From an uncultured candidatus Brocadiaceae bacterium (GTDB lineage Bacteria > Planctomycetota > UBA1135 > UBA2386), in the NCBI GenBank assembly GCA_964543795.1, contig CAZIZN010000006.1:143619-207618 (forward strand): a stretch of 64,000 nucleotides of DNA, in the 5' to 3' direction. Within the stretch, counting starts at the first letter, position 1. Every line of letters starts with the position of its first letter. This document shows positions 35,952 through 45,571 of this stretch, piece after piece. The notes under the pieces are model-generated. The model was not told the origin of the DNA. It made no database searches and saw only the letters and a list, made by a program, of their open reading frames with translations. The position numbers were made by a program, and so were the translations under genes.

Positions 35952-37220
35952 TCACTCGTGCCGCAGCGCGCGGACCGGATCCATGAGCGCGGCGCGCCGC
36001 GCCGGATAGAGGCCGAACACCACGCCCGTCGCGCACGAGATGCCCATCGCCAGCAGCACGGACCACAGCGTGATCACGGGCTTCCAGTCGGTGAACTGCT
36101 CGATCGCGAGCGCGCCGACGATGCCGAGCCCGATGCCGAGTACGCCGGCGATCGCGGTCAGCGTCACCGTCTCGACGAGGAACTGCAGCGTGATGTCGGC
36201 CTGCGTGGCACCGATCGCCCGGCGGATGCCGATCTCGCGGGTGCGTTCGGTCACCGACGCCAGCATGATGTTGAGGATGCCGATGCCGCCGACGAGCAGC
36301 GAGATGCCGGCGATCAACGGCAGCACGAGGTCGAACGTGCGCTGCGTCTTGGCGCGCTGTTCGAGCAGTTCGATCGGCACCACCACCGAGTAGTCCTTGC
36401 GCTCGTGGAACGTGTCGAGGATCGCGTGGATGCCGCGCGCCGTCGCCGGCACGTTCGCCTCGCGGTCGACGCGGCAGACGATCTGGTGCAGCTCGACGCG
36501 CGTGTACTCCTCGGACCCCTCGTTCGACGTGTAGTGCATGAGGCCGAGCCGGTCGATCACCGTCGCGTACGGCACGTAGACCTCGAGCGCGCGGTCGTCG
36601 ACGCCGAGCACGGCGCGGTCGGGGTTCTTCGTCGCGAAGTCGGGCAGCACGCCGACCACGCGGTAGTAGTTGCTGCCGATCTTGAGGTCGAGGTCGAGCG
36701 GATCGCCGACGTAGCGCGCCTCGGCGATCACGCGCGCCCGCACCACGCAGACGCGCGCCCGCTCCCGCTCGTCGGCCGCGGTGAGCAGCCGCCCGCGCAT
36801 CGGCCGGAAGTTCAGCACCGTGAAGTGCTCCGGCGTCACGCCCTGCACCTTCGCCTCGACGCGGCGGCCGCGGAACCAGATCCAGTCCTTGACCTCGTGC
36901 ACCGGCAGGGCCGCGACGACCGCCGGCAGCGTGCGACGGATCTGCTCCAGGTCGCGGAACGTGAGCCCGTAGCGCAGCACGTAGGAACCTTCGGTCTTCT
37001 TCGTGTCCTGCTCGGCCGGCGGCTTCTGCGCGTTGATCAGGATGTTCGTCGTGCCGAGCTCCTCGATCTGCTCGAGGATCGCGCGGCGCGCCCCCTCGCC
37101 GGCCGACACCATCGACATCACCGAGGCGATGCCGAAGATGATGCCCAGCGCGGTCAGCAGCGAACGCAGCTTGTGGCGGCGCAGGTTGCGCAGCGCCTCG
37201 ACGATCAGCTCGTGGAACAC
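35952..37220 (-). CDS. ABC transporter permease, MacB/FtsX family
   Basis: GTG at 37220. N-terminal LRNLRRHKLRSLLTALGIIFGIASV, a periplasmic domain, and a C-terminal FtsX domain (ERTREIGIRRAIGAT...). Confidence 0.8.
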   Translation of the reverse strand: MFHELIVEALRNLRRHKLRSLLTALGIIFGIASVMSMVSAGEGARRAILEQIEELGTTNILINAQKPPAEQDTKKTEGSYVLRYGLTFRDLEQIRRTLPAVVAALPVHEVKDWIWFRGRRVEAKVQGVTPEHFTVLNFRPMRGRLLTAADERERARVCVVRARVIAEARYVGDPLDLDLKIGSNYYRVVGVLPDFATKNPDRAVLGVDDRALEVYVPYATVIDRLGLMHYTSNEGSEEYTRVELHQIVCRVDREANVPATARGIHAILDTFHERKDYSVVVPIELLEQRAKTQRTFDLVLPLIAGISLLVGGIGILNIMLASVTERTREIGIRRAIGATQADITLQFLVETVTLTAIAGVLGIGLGIVGALAIEQFTDWKPVITLWSVLLAMGISCATGVVFGLYPARRAALMDPVRALRHE

Positions 37221-37945
37221 GCCGCCTCCGCGGACCGCTGCCGGCGGCCGTCGTCGGCGGCGATCGCGCCGTCGCGCAGCGTGATGCGGCGTTCGGCGCG
37301 CGCCGCCACGCCCGGGTCGTGCGTGATCATGACGATCGTGCGGCCCTGCGCGTGCAGGTCGACGAACATGCCGATGATCTCGGCCGAGGTCTTGCTGTCG
37401 AGGTTGCCGGTCGGCTCGTCGGCGAGGATCAGCGCCGGCTCGTTGACGAGCGCCCGTGCCAGTGCCGTGCGCTGGCATTCGCCGCCCGACAACATCGTCG
37501 GCAGGTGGTCGAGGCGATGGCCGAGACCGACGCGGTCGATCAGCGCCGCGGCGCGCCGGCGCCGCTCCTGGCGGCCCACGCGTGCGTAGAGCAGCGGCAG
37601 CTCGACGTTCTCCTGCACGCTGAGGTGCGAGACGAGCTGGAAGGACTGGAAGACGAAGCCGATGTGGGTCTTGCGCACCCGCGACAGGCTCTGGTCGTCG
37701 AGTCGGGCCACGTCCTCGCCGACCAGGTGGTAGGAGCCGGTGCTGGGCCGGTCGAGGCAGCCGAGGATGTTGAGCAGCGTCGACTTGCCCGAGCCCGACG
37801 AGCCGACGATCGCCAGGTACTCGCCCTCCGCCACCGCGAGATCGATGCCGCGCAGCACGGGCACGGGGTTCTGGGACGTGCCGTAGGTCTTCGTGATGCC
37901 GCGCAGCAGCAGCACCGCGTCGCACGTGGGCTCGACCGACGTCAT
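37205..37945 (-). CDS. ABC transporter ATP-binding protein (MacB/LolD-type)
   Basis: Walker A GSSGSGKSTLLN, signature LSGGECQRTALARAL, Walker B ILADEPTGNLD. 16-nt overlap with the permease gene. Confidence 0.9.
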   Translation of the reverse strand: MTSVEPTCDAVLLLRGITKTYGTSQNPVPVLRGIDLAVAEGEYLAIVGSSGSGKSTLLNILGCLDRPSTGSYHLVGEDVARLDDQSLSRVRKTHIGFVFQSFQLVSHLSVQENVELPLLYARVGRQERRRRAAALIDRVGLGHRLDHLPTMLSGGECQRTALARALVNEPALILADEPTGNLDSKTSAEIIGMFVDLHAQGRTIVMITHDPGVAARAERRITLRDGAIAADDGRRQRSAEAACSTS

Positions 37946-39501
37946 GGCTTGTCGGGCTTGGCCGAGGCCTCGACGGCGGCGGCGCCCTTGGACTTCGCCT
38001 CCGGCGACGGGCTCTGCCCGTCCGCGCCTGCCGCGTCCTTCGCACCGCCGTCCTGCCCCTCGTCGCCGAGCAGCGGATTGTAGAGCAGCACCTGCTCGCG
38101 CTCCTCGAGCCCGGCGGCGATCTCGACGAACGCGTCGTTGCTGGCGCCGATCGTCACCTTGCGCTTCTGCGGTCCGGTCGCGGCGTGCACGTAGCAGAAG
38201 TGCTCGGCATCGACGGCGAACACGCACTGCAACGGCACGAACAGCACCTGCGGGCGTGTCTCGACGAGCACCTCGGCCTTGGCGCTGATGCCCGGGCGCA
38301 GCCGCTGCTCGCCGAGGCCCTTTTGGATCGTCACCTCGACGTCGAACTTCTTGACGTCGCGCGAGCCGTAGCCATCGCCGCTCGCGACGCTGGCGATGCG
38401 CGAGACCTCGCCCTCGAGCACGAGGCCCGGATAGGTCTCCATCGTCACGTTCGCGACGAGCCCCGTCTTGACCTTGTCGATGTCGGCCTCGTGGATCTTG
38501 ATCTTGACCTGCAGCACGCGCAGGTCGGGGATCGTCATCAGCGTCTGCCCGCCCCACACCTGGCCGCCGACCTTGACCTGCTGGCGGTACCACGGCTCGT
38601 GAGGGTCGCCGTAGACGACGATGCCCGGGCACGGCGCCTTGAGCGTCATGTTGTCGCGCTCCTCGGTGCGCTCCTTCAGCTGGTCCTGCTGGGCCTTGAG
38701 CCGCTTCTCGTACTGCTGCACCGCGACCTTCTTCTGGCCCAGCGTCGACTCGCCGCGCTTCTGCGCCGTCTGCAACTCGCGCTCGGCGTCCTTGACCTTG
38801 GTCTCGAGGTCGGCGACCTGCATCGGGAAGGTGTACTTCTCGAAGATCGCCATCTCGAGCTCCGCGCCCTCCTTCTGCACCGTCGTGCGCTCGTACTCGA
38901 TCTGGTGGTCCTCGAGCTCGGACTTCTTGATGAAGTTCTGCTTCAGCAGCAGCTGGCTGTCCTCGAAGTTCTTCTTCGCGCGGTTGTAGTTCGTCTCGGC
39001 GTCCTTGATCGCGACCTCGAGCTTCTTCTTCTGCTGCGGCGCCTCGCCGAGCACGTACTTCTCCTGCTCCTTCTTGGCGCGGTCGAGCGCGACCTCGGCC
39101 TTCGCCAGCGCCGAGACGTTCTCGACCTCCTGGATCTCGAGTTCGGTGCGCGCGGTCTTCAGGCTCGCTTCCGTCTGCAGGATCTCGAGGTTGAGCTGCT
39201 CGATCTGCTGTTCGAGCTGGGCTGGATCGAGCTTGCAGACGACGTCGCCCTCGGCGACCTGCTTGCCCTCCTCGACGAGCCAGGTGATCTTGCCCTCGCT
39301 GCGCAGCTTCGGCGTGATCTTCTGCGAGTCCTTGGCGACCAGCGTGCCGTTCTCGGTGATCGAGATCTGCAGGTCGTCGCGCCGCACCGTGAACAGCTCG
39401 TTGGCGTTGGTCGCGCCGGCCGCGGCATCCGGCGCTCCGCGCCAGTACCAGCCGCCGACGCCGAGCAGGAGAACCGCGGGAACGACGATCGCGAGCTTCA
39501 T
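37942..39501 (-). CDS. periplasmic adaptor (HlyD/MacA membrane-fusion protein)
   Basis: N-terminal TM MKLAIVVPAVLLLGV, a long K/E/Q-rich coiled coil, and beta-barrel C-terminal parts. ATGA overlaps at both ends. Confidence 0.8.
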   Translation of the reverse strand: MKLAIVVPAVLLLGVGGWYWRGAPDAAAGATNANELFTVRRDDLQISITENGTLVAKDSQKITPKLRSEGKITWLVEEGKQVAEGDVVCKLDPAQLEQQIEQLNLEILQTEASLKTARTELEIQEVENVSALAKAEVALDRAKKEQEKYVLGEAPQQKKKLEVAIKDAETNYNRAKKNFEDSQLLLKQNFIKKSELEDHQIEYERTTVQKEGAELEMAIFEKYTFPMQVADLETKVKDAERELQTAQKRGESTLGQKKVAVQQYEKRLKAQQDQLKERTEERDNMTLKAPCPGIVVYGDPHEPWYRQQVKVGGQVWGGQTLMTIPDLRVLQVKIKIHEADIDKVKTGLVANVTMETYPGLVLEGEVSRIASVASGDGYGSRDVKKFDVEVTIQKGLGEQRLRPGISAKAEVLVETRPQVLFVPLQCVFAVDAEHFCYVHAATGPQKRKVTIGASNDAFVEIAAGLEEREQVLLYNPLLGDEGQDGGAKDAAGADGQSPSPEAKSKGAAAVEASAKPDKP

Positions 39502-41120
39502 TGCCAGCCTCCCTGCGCATCGACGAAGAACAGCCCCATGTCGCGCAGCAACGACAGCCGGCCGATGAAATGCTCCACCTTGAGCCGGATCAGCGCGTTC
39601 TGCGCGTTGACGAGCGCCTGCCGCGCCTCGAGCAGGTCGCGGTTGTCGAGCTTGCCCGACTCGTAGCGGATCTCGGTCACCGTGACCGCGGCCCGCTCCT
39701 GCACGATCTGCTCTTCCTGCAGGCCGATGCGCTCCTCGGTGCTCTTGAGCCGGCGCAGCGCGTCGCGGATCTCGAGATCGAGCTGGTCCAGGCGCAGCGA
39801 GTAGCCGCGGCGGGCCTGCTCGAGCGCGATCTGTGCCGAACGCAGGTTGTTGCGCTCCGACCGGCGCTGCAGCGGGATCTCCATCTGCAGCCCGAGCGTC
39901 GCGTTCCAGTTCTCGGGGCCGGCGCGCGAAGCCTGCGTGTCGGTCCCCGCGAGGTCGTAGCGGGCGACGAGGTCGACGTCCGGCAGCAGCGTGTTCTCGG
40001 CGATGCGCAGCGAACGCTCGCTGTCCTCGACCTGCTGGCGCTGCGTGATCAGGTCCAGCCGGTTGTGGCGCGCCGCGGCGACGGCCGAACTCTCGCGGAT
40101 GCGCACCGGCTCGTACGGCGCCTCGCTGTCCTGCACGTCGAGCAACGTCGTGGTCGGCAGGCCGAGCAGGATCTTGAACTCGTCGAGCGCACGGTCGTAG
40201 TTGGCGCGCGCGTCGATGAGCTGGTCCTTGGCCTCGATCTCGCGACGCCGCGCGCGGTAGACCTCCTGCTCGGTGTTGCGGCCGACGCGGTAGAGCGCCT
40301 CGGCCTTGCCGCGATCGAACACCGCGCCCTGGTAGTTGGCGTCCTCGATGACCAGGGTCTTCTGCTGGCTCACGAGGTCGTAGTAGGTGCGCGCCACCGA
40401 GATCGCGAAGTTCTCGCGGTACTGTTCGAAGTCGCGGATCGCGTAGACGAAGCTGCGTTCGGCCTGCGTCAGCGCCTCGTGGGAGACCTCGTAGCCCGCG
40501 CCGCGCAACAGTGGCTGCGTGAGGCTGATGCCGACCGCGCTGCCGTAGGTGTCGGGACCGCCGTCGTCACCGAACGGCCACGCCGAGGTCGCCGACGACG
40601 TCAGCGCCAGCGTGCCGCCGGTCGGCAGCAGCTGGCTCACGCCCAGCGAAGCAGCCGCGTCCTGCCGCTCGCCGCCGTCCTCCTGCGCGGCGAGCACGTA
40701 GGAGACCGCCGCGTTCCACTGCGGCCCGAACTGGAAGCGCGTGAGCGAGATCGAGAGCCCCGACTGGTAGAGCCCCTCGCGGCGCGTCAGCAGGTCGCGG
40801 TTGCTCGCAAACGCCGTCGCCAGCGACCGCTGCAGGTCGTAACGGTCGACGGCCTGCACGGCCGGTGCGGCGGGCGGCGACGGCGGCGGCGGCGCGGCGG
40901 GGTCGTTCGGATCCGGGTGCGGTGCCGCATCGGGCGGCGGCGCCGGCGGCGGCTCGACCTCGGGCTCCACGACCCACTCGCGGCGGTCGCCGAGCACCTG
41001 CTGCACGCCCTCGGCGAGGATGGACTCGACGTCGCGATCGGCGTCGCGGGTGTAGCTGTCGACCGAGCAGGCGGCGAGCAGGGACAGGACGACGAACGGG
41101 TGTGAGCTTCGATGGCGCAT
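39498..41120 (-). CDS. TolC-family outer-membrane efflux lipoprotein
   Basis: Lipobox LSLLAAC. Two internally repeated halves with TolC-like helical segments. It is the first gene of the four-gene operon. Confidence 0.7.
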   Translation of the reverse strand: MRHRSSHPFVVLSLLAACSVDSYTRDADRDVESILAEGVQQVLGDRREWVVEPEVEPPPAPPPDAAPHPDPNDPAAPPPPSPPAAPAVQAVDRYDLQRSLATAFASNRDLLTRREGLYQSGLSISLTRFQFGPQWNAAVSYVLAAQEDGGERQDAAASLGVSQLLPTGGTLALTSSATSAWPFGDDGGPDTYGSAVGISLTQPLLRGAGYEVSHEALTQAERSFVYAIRDFEQYRENFAISVARTYYDLVSQQKTLVIEDANYQGAVFDRGKAEALYRVGRNTEQEVYRARRREIEAKDQLIDARANYDRALDEFKILLGLPTTTLLDVQDSEAPYEPVRIRESSAVAAARHNRLDLITQRQQVEDSERSLRIAENTLLPDVDLVARYDLAGTDTQASRAGPENWNATLGLQMEIPLQRRSERNNLRSAQIALEQARRGYSLRLDQLDLEIRDALRRLKSTEERIGLQEEQIVQERAAVTVTEIRYESGKLDNRDLLEARQALVNAQNALIRLKVEHFIGRLSLLRDMGLFFVDAQGGWQ

Positions 41121-41298
41121 CGCGAGGGGCGGTCGCAGCAGCGCGGCAGACGTCGGCCGGGTTCACGACCTTCCCGGTTTCCTCCGCGGCGAGAGCGGTC
41201 GGCCGCGATTGGAGCAGCCGCCAACCCGAGGCGTAAGGCCCCCGCCGGGAAAACCTCGCGCTGCGGACGCCGACCGGCCGTCTATCCTCCCGCCGTCC

Positions 41299-42255
41299 AT
41301 GACGCGCCCGATCGACCCGGTCCCCGCCTCCTTCCAAGTGCCGTTCACATGGCTCGATGGCCGCATCGTGCCCAGCTCCGAGGTGGTCGTGCCGATCATG
41401 ACCCACACGCTGCACTACGGTCTCGGGGCGTTCGAGGGCATCCGCGCCTACGACGCCGTCGGCGGCCCCGCCGTGTTCCGGCTCGCCGAGCACACAGCCC
41501 GGCTGTTCCGGTCCGCACGGATGCTGCACGTCGAGATCCCGTTCGCTCCCGACGCGGTCGCCGCAGGCTGTACGCAGGTGCTCGCCGAGAACGGCATGCG
41601 CGAGGGCTACCTGCGGCCGATCGTGTTCGTCGACGACGGCCGCCGCGGCCTCGGCGCGATGAACAACCGCACCCGCGTGGCGATCGTCACCTGGCCGTGG
41701 GGCCGCTACCTCGGCGACGAAGGCGTGCAGCGCGGCATCCGCGCGCAGGTCTCGTCGACGGTGCGCATGAACGCGCGCTCGTTCCTGCCCAAGGGCAAGA
41801 TCAACGGCCAGTACGTGAACTCGATCCTCGCCAAGCGCGCCGCCGTGCTCGCCGGCTACGACGAGGCGATCCTGCTCGACGACGACGGCAACGTCGCCGA
41901 GGCGACCGGCGAGAACCTGTTCGTCGTGCGCGACGGCGCCCTGCTGACGCCGCCGCTGAGCCAGCCGATCCTCGAAGGCATCACGCGCGACTCGGTGATC
42001 GCGCTCGCCGGCGACCTCGGCCTCGCCGTGCACGAACGCAGCTTCGGCAAGGACACGCTCTACGTCGCCGACGAGGTGTTCCTCTGCGGCACGGCCGCCG
42101 AGATCACGCCGGTGCGCGAGATCGACGGCCATGCGATCGGCAACGGCGGCCGCGGCCCCGTGACCGAGGCCGTGCAGGCGCGCTACCTCGATGCCGTGCA
42201 CGGCCGGGTGCCCGGCCGCGAGGGCTGGCTCACGCGCTACGCGGTCTCAAAATAG
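41299..42255 (+). CDS. ilvE: branched-chain amino acid aminotransferase
   Basis: ATG at 41299. Class-IV aminotransferase blocks HTLHYGLGAFEGIRAY, KINGQYVNSILAKR, GENLFVVRDGALLTPP, GITRDS. Confidence 0.85.
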   Translation: MTRPIDPVPASFQVPFTWLDGRIVPSSEVVVPIMTHTLHYGLGAFEGIRAYDAVGGPAVFRLAEHTARLFRSARMLHVEIPFAPDAVAAGCTQVLAENGMREGYLRPIVFVDDGRRGLGAMNNRTRVAIVTWPWGRYLGDEGVQRGIRAQVSSTVRMNARSFLPKGKINGQYVNSILAKRAAVLAGYDEAILLDDDGNVAEATGENLFVVRDGALLTPPLSQPILEGITRDSVIALAGDLGLAVHERSFGKDTLYVADEVFLCGTAAEITPVREIDGHAIGNGGRGPVTEAVQARYLDAVHGRVPGREGWLTRYAVSK

Positions 42256-42292
42256 CTGCGTACCGTACCGGGTTCGTTCCACCACCATTTGG
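42248..42292 (+). repeat. solo copy of the 45-nt repeat unit, containing the ilvE stop codon
   Basis: CAAAATAGCTGCGTACCGTACCGGGTTCGTTCCACCACCATTTGG. The TAG at 42253-42255 is the ilvE stop. Confidence 0.75.
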
Positions 42293-42328
42293 CCGCCGCG
42301 CGGCCCCGCGCGAAGCCGCCGCCCGCCG

Positions 42329-43267
42329 CTACTTCGCCTTCGCCGCCGCGCGTTCGGCTTCGAGCACGCGCGGGTCGACGAGCCACCAGAAGCCGGCCGA
42401 CTCGACGAACACGATGCGGTCCTTCTGCGCCGCGTACCACTTCGTCCAGTCGCCGTCGGCGGGCACCAGGTCGTGCGCCACGTAGCGCGAGAGACACCGC
42501 AGCGCGCGTTCGCGATCCTCGCCGGCGGGCCCCGCCGCGAGTCCGATCCACCGTTCGAGGCTCGTGCGCGCGGCGTTCGGCGTGCCGAGCGCCATCGCGT
42601 CGCCGTCGATCTCGTAGCGCTGCTTGTAGCGCTGGCTCTTGTGCTGCTCGCCCTTGCCGCTGAACAGGTACGGCCCGTACTTCTCGAGCCACGCGGCCGC
42701 GCCCGCCGGCGAGCGGTCGGTGTAGGTCGCGAGCGCCGACTCGACCAGCTGGCCCACCTGGTGCTCCTGGATGCCGCGCAGGTAGCCGCTCTCTCTGTGC
42801 AGATCGAGATAGGTCCGGAAGATCTGCCGCGTCACGCAGACGAACGGCACCGTCAGGCTGCCGCGTTTGCCGGCCATGTAGTGCAGCACGTTGACGAGCG
42901 TGTCCTTCGCCGGCTCGAGCAGCCGCTCGGGATCCGTGGAGTAGCCCCAGTAGAACCACTGGCCCTGACGCGCGAGCGACAGGCTGCCGAGGCACTTCGC
43001 CGAATGGCCCTCGGCGAGGTTCTCGAAGCCCGGCACGTCGGTGAAGAACCCCTCGTGCGCGACGATCGTCGGGTTCCACTCGCCTTCGGGCAGCGGCTTC
43101 TCGAACGCTACGAGCGTGAACGTCTCGCCCACGCCGTCGGGATACAGCGGACTGCGCGCGCCCTCGTGGTTCTTCTGCCGCGGCGTCGCGACGCCGGGGA
43201 ACGAGACCTTGTGCGGTGTCGTGAAGATCGCGTGGTCTTGGGCCAGCCCGTGGCCCTGGTGGTCCAT
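42329..43267 (-). CDS. hypothetical protein (312 aa, no recognisable domain, no signal peptide)
   Basis: Clean ORF with an ATG start and high GC3. Its start is 6 nt downstream of the stop of 43274-44008. Confidence 0.6.
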   Translation of the reverse strand: MDHQGHGLAQDHAIFTTPHKVSFPGVATPRQKNHEGARSPLYPDGVGETFTLVAFEKPLPEGEWNPTIVAHEGFFTDVPGFENLAEGHSAKCLGSLSLARQGQWFYWGYSTDPERLLEPAKDTLVNVLHYMAGKRGSLTVPFVCVTRQIFRTYLDLHRESGYLRGIQEHQVGQLVESALATYTDRSPAGAAAWLEKYGPYLFSGKGEQHKSQRYKQRYEIDGDAMALGTPNAARTSLERWIGLAAGPAGEDRERALRCLSRYVAHDLVPADGDWTKWYAAQKDRIVFVESAGFWWLVDPRVLEAERAAAKAK

Positions 43268-43273
43268 GCAGAT

Positions 43274-44008
43274 TCAAATGTAGCCGCTGGTCATCGCCAC
43301 CTGCTGGCCCTCGATCAGCTCGGTGCCGAGGAACCCGACCGCGACCACCGGCGAAGCCGTCTTCGGGAACTTGCGCGCGTTGGCGGTCTGCCCCTTCACC
43401 TGTCGGAACGTCGGCGAATCGGCGAGCACGACGTCGACGGCATCGCACCGTGCTGCGGTGACCTTCGCGTAGGTCGTCGTCTCGACCAGCAAGCCGCGCT
43501 GCTGCAGGAAGCCGGCGATGCGCTGCGTGCGTTCCTCCTCGTCGACCGCGACGAGCAGCACGCGCAGCGCTTCCTTCGGCGTCGCGAGATCGAGTTCGAT
43601 CGGCGGCAGGCACTCGAGCGGATCGCAGACCAGGAACCGCATGCGCGCCGACAGCGCGTCGCCGACGCCGATCCGCTGCAGCGGCAGGCGCAGCGTCGCC
43701 AGACCCGTGATGAGGCCCTTGTCGTCCATCGGCGCGTCGAGTTCGCCGGTCGCCGCGAACGCACCCCCCGTGATCGTGACAGCCACCGCTTCGCCGGCCC
43801 CGGTCTCGCGGCCGTAGAGGTGCCAGCCCTTCTTCAGCTCGACGACGATCGCGAGTTGGGCTCCGTCGTGGCTGGCGGCCACCGTGAGCGGCGCACCGTC
43901 GGGCAGACCGGCAACGGTGAGGGGCGTGGCGGATGGGGCGGACTGCGCCGGCGCGACCGCGCCCAGCATCGAGAGCAACAACGAGTGGCAACGCATCGGG
44001 CCGCGCAT
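43274..44008 (-). CDS. secreted protein with a DsbD-N/DsbC-like thiol-disulfide domain and an unassigned C-terminal domain
   Basis: The internal ATG at 44008 gives MRGPMRCHSLLLSMLGAVAPAQS. KKGWHLY and FLVCDPLECLPP resemble the DsbD N-terminal-like family. The C-terminal ~110 aa are unassigned. Confidence 0.5.
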   Translation of the reverse strand: MRGPMRCHSLLLSMLGAVAPAQSAPSATPLTVAGLPDGAPLTVAASHDGAQLAIVVELKKGWHLYGRETGAGEAVAVTITGGAFAATGELDAPMDDKGLITGLATLRLPLQRIGVGDALSARMRFLVCDPLECLPPIELDLATPKEALRVLLVAVDEEERTQRIAGFLQQRGLLVETTTYAKVTAARCDAVDVVLADSPTFRQVKGQTANARKFPKTASPVVAVGFLGTELIEGQQVAMTSGYI

Positions 44009-44174
44009 GCTACAGCACTCGTGCGCACCACGGCGCCGTGACAGCGGAGTTACGTGTTCGACCCGCTCCACCTCCGCGCCGACGCTCGGCTCGACAGGAA
44101 CGGTTCGCGACCGATCATCGCCGGCGATGTCCACCCGGTCCCGCTGACTGCGCGGCCTCAGGTTCATCGCCTGG

Positions 44175-44318
44175 GTGACGATCGCCACGCTCGTGCTGGC
44201 CGAGGCGGTCATGCAGGTCGGGGCCTATGCGCTGCACCTTGCCCGACGCACGACCGCGCCGGCGGCCAGGACCGCGGCTGCGGACGCGCCGGCCACCGAC
44301 CGGATCCTCTGCGTCGGC
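44175..44318 (+). pseudogene. N-terminal fragment of a third membrane-anchored SGNH hydrolase paralog, truncated by the IS remnant
   Basis: The frame opens after the TGA at 44145. It encodes a TM helix (TIATLVLAEAVMQVGAYALHLARR) like the N-termini of 23926-25119 and 29178-30260. It then reads DRILCVG and breaks exactly where block I GDS is expected. Confidence 0.35.
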
Positions 44319-44660
44319 TGGCAACGGCAACATGAAAAGGGACCCCGCGGCAGTCTGAAAAGGGACCCCCTCCCGGACGCCGCGTAGGGCGCAAACCGGC
44401 CCTCCCAGCCACGATCGGGTTTCCAAACGACCGGTCGCAGCCAGGAGGGCCAGGAGTGCTCAGGATGACCCAGTGGGCAGAGATTCGCCACCAACACCAA
44501 GTCGACGGCGTCCCCAAGAAGGAGCTGGCGAGGCGGTTCGACATCGACGTGAAGACGGTCCGGCGTGCCCTGAAGCAGGCGACGCCCCGAAGCGCCGGAC
44601 GGCCAAGCGGCCGAGCCGGATGGACCTGTTCCGCGGCCGGATCGAGGAGCTGCTTCTCCA
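44319..44660 (+). mobile_element. IS21-family element remnant (left end plus a frameshifted, truncated istA 5-prime part)
   Basis: TG terminus at 44319. A 14-nt direct repeat TGAAAAGGGACCCC occurs at 44333-44346 and 44356-44369. IstA-like HTH MTQWAEIRHQHQVDGVPKKELARRFDIDVKTVRRALKQ continues in another frame as KRPSRMDLFRGRIEELL, then similarity ends. There is no catalytic domain and no istB. Confidence 0.6.
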
Positions 44661-44970
44661 ACTCGCCGACCACGCCGCGGCCCTAGCGTCGATCGACCGG
44701 TGCCTGCCGAGCTACCGCGCCGCGTGGGTCTTCGGCATCCGCTACAAGGTGCAGCGGTTGGGCCTGCGCAACCTGCCCGAGGCGCTGCGTTCGATCTACG
44801 ACGATCAAGGTCTGTTCCGCCCACCGCCCACCGCTTCGCCGAAGCCCGCAAACCGTCCGCTCGACGGGACGGATGGAGGAAGACCGGCGCCCCCCCGAGG
44901 TAGAGTGGAGAGGTCACGACTCGCGCAATAGACAGATCCCATCCCACAGCCATCCCGATCGGCGAGCACC

Positions 44971-45465
44971 ATGCAAGAACCACTGCCGAAGTACGATCTC
45001 GAAGTGATCCGGATGGCCGCGGCCAGGGGAGCGCGCTCGCAGACGGTTCACACGCAGAACGTCACCGATGCGATCGAAGCGACCGTAGAGGCCTGGGAGA
45101 ACAAGCTCATGAACTGTCGCGCGGTGCGTAACTGGGAGGCATGGGCGTTCCGGGTCGCTGCCAACGCCGCGAAGCGGGCGGCGGCGCGGTCACCCAGAGC
45201 GATCTCGATCCCGAGCGCCGGTGCTGGCCAATCCCCACCCGGGGATCATCACGGCCTCGACCCGACACCGGCACTACGCCGGACCCTGCGCCTGGCGATC
45301 GTGAGTCGCGGATCCCGGCTGATCGGACGCCAACTCGAAGTCGTGTTGAAGCTCCTGGAGCCGCAGATGTCGCTGCACCGCGCCGCACGGGAACTGTGCA
45401 TGGACCGCACCGCACTCCGGCGGTCCTTCCGCACGGCGTTGGCACGCCTGCGCGGATCTTCCTGA
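44971..45465 (+). CDS. divergent ECF-like sigma-70 family factor
   Basis: Region-2-like VTDAIEATVEAWENK...NWEAWAFRVAANAAKRA and region-4-like LIGRQLEVVLKLLEPQMSLHRAARELCMDRTALRRSFRTALARLR. Confidence 0.55.
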   Translation: MQEPLPKYDLEVIRMAAARGARSQTVHTQNVTDAIEATVEAWENKLMNCRAVRNWEAWAFRVAANAAKRAAARSPRAISIPSAGAGQSPPGDHHGLDPTPALRRTLRLAIVSRGSRLIGRQLEVVLKLLEPQMSLHRAARELCMDRTALRRSFRTALARLRGSS

Positions 45466-45571
45466 CCCCAAAAGTACCCCCCCCACCTCTTGGCGATGCG
45501 GGATGTTGCGTCGGCCACGACGTCGCGGCGGCCGCGGGAAGCCAGACAGTCCACACACACAAGGGGGCACA

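Noticed and set aside
44660-44931. CLPSYRAAWVFGIRYKVQRLGLRNLPEAL after the IS21 fragment, as a remnant of a sigma-70 region 4.
   Set aside because: It shows only a loose pattern match (LP..YR ... L..L) and has no region 2 partner. It may simply be read-through of the junk frame.
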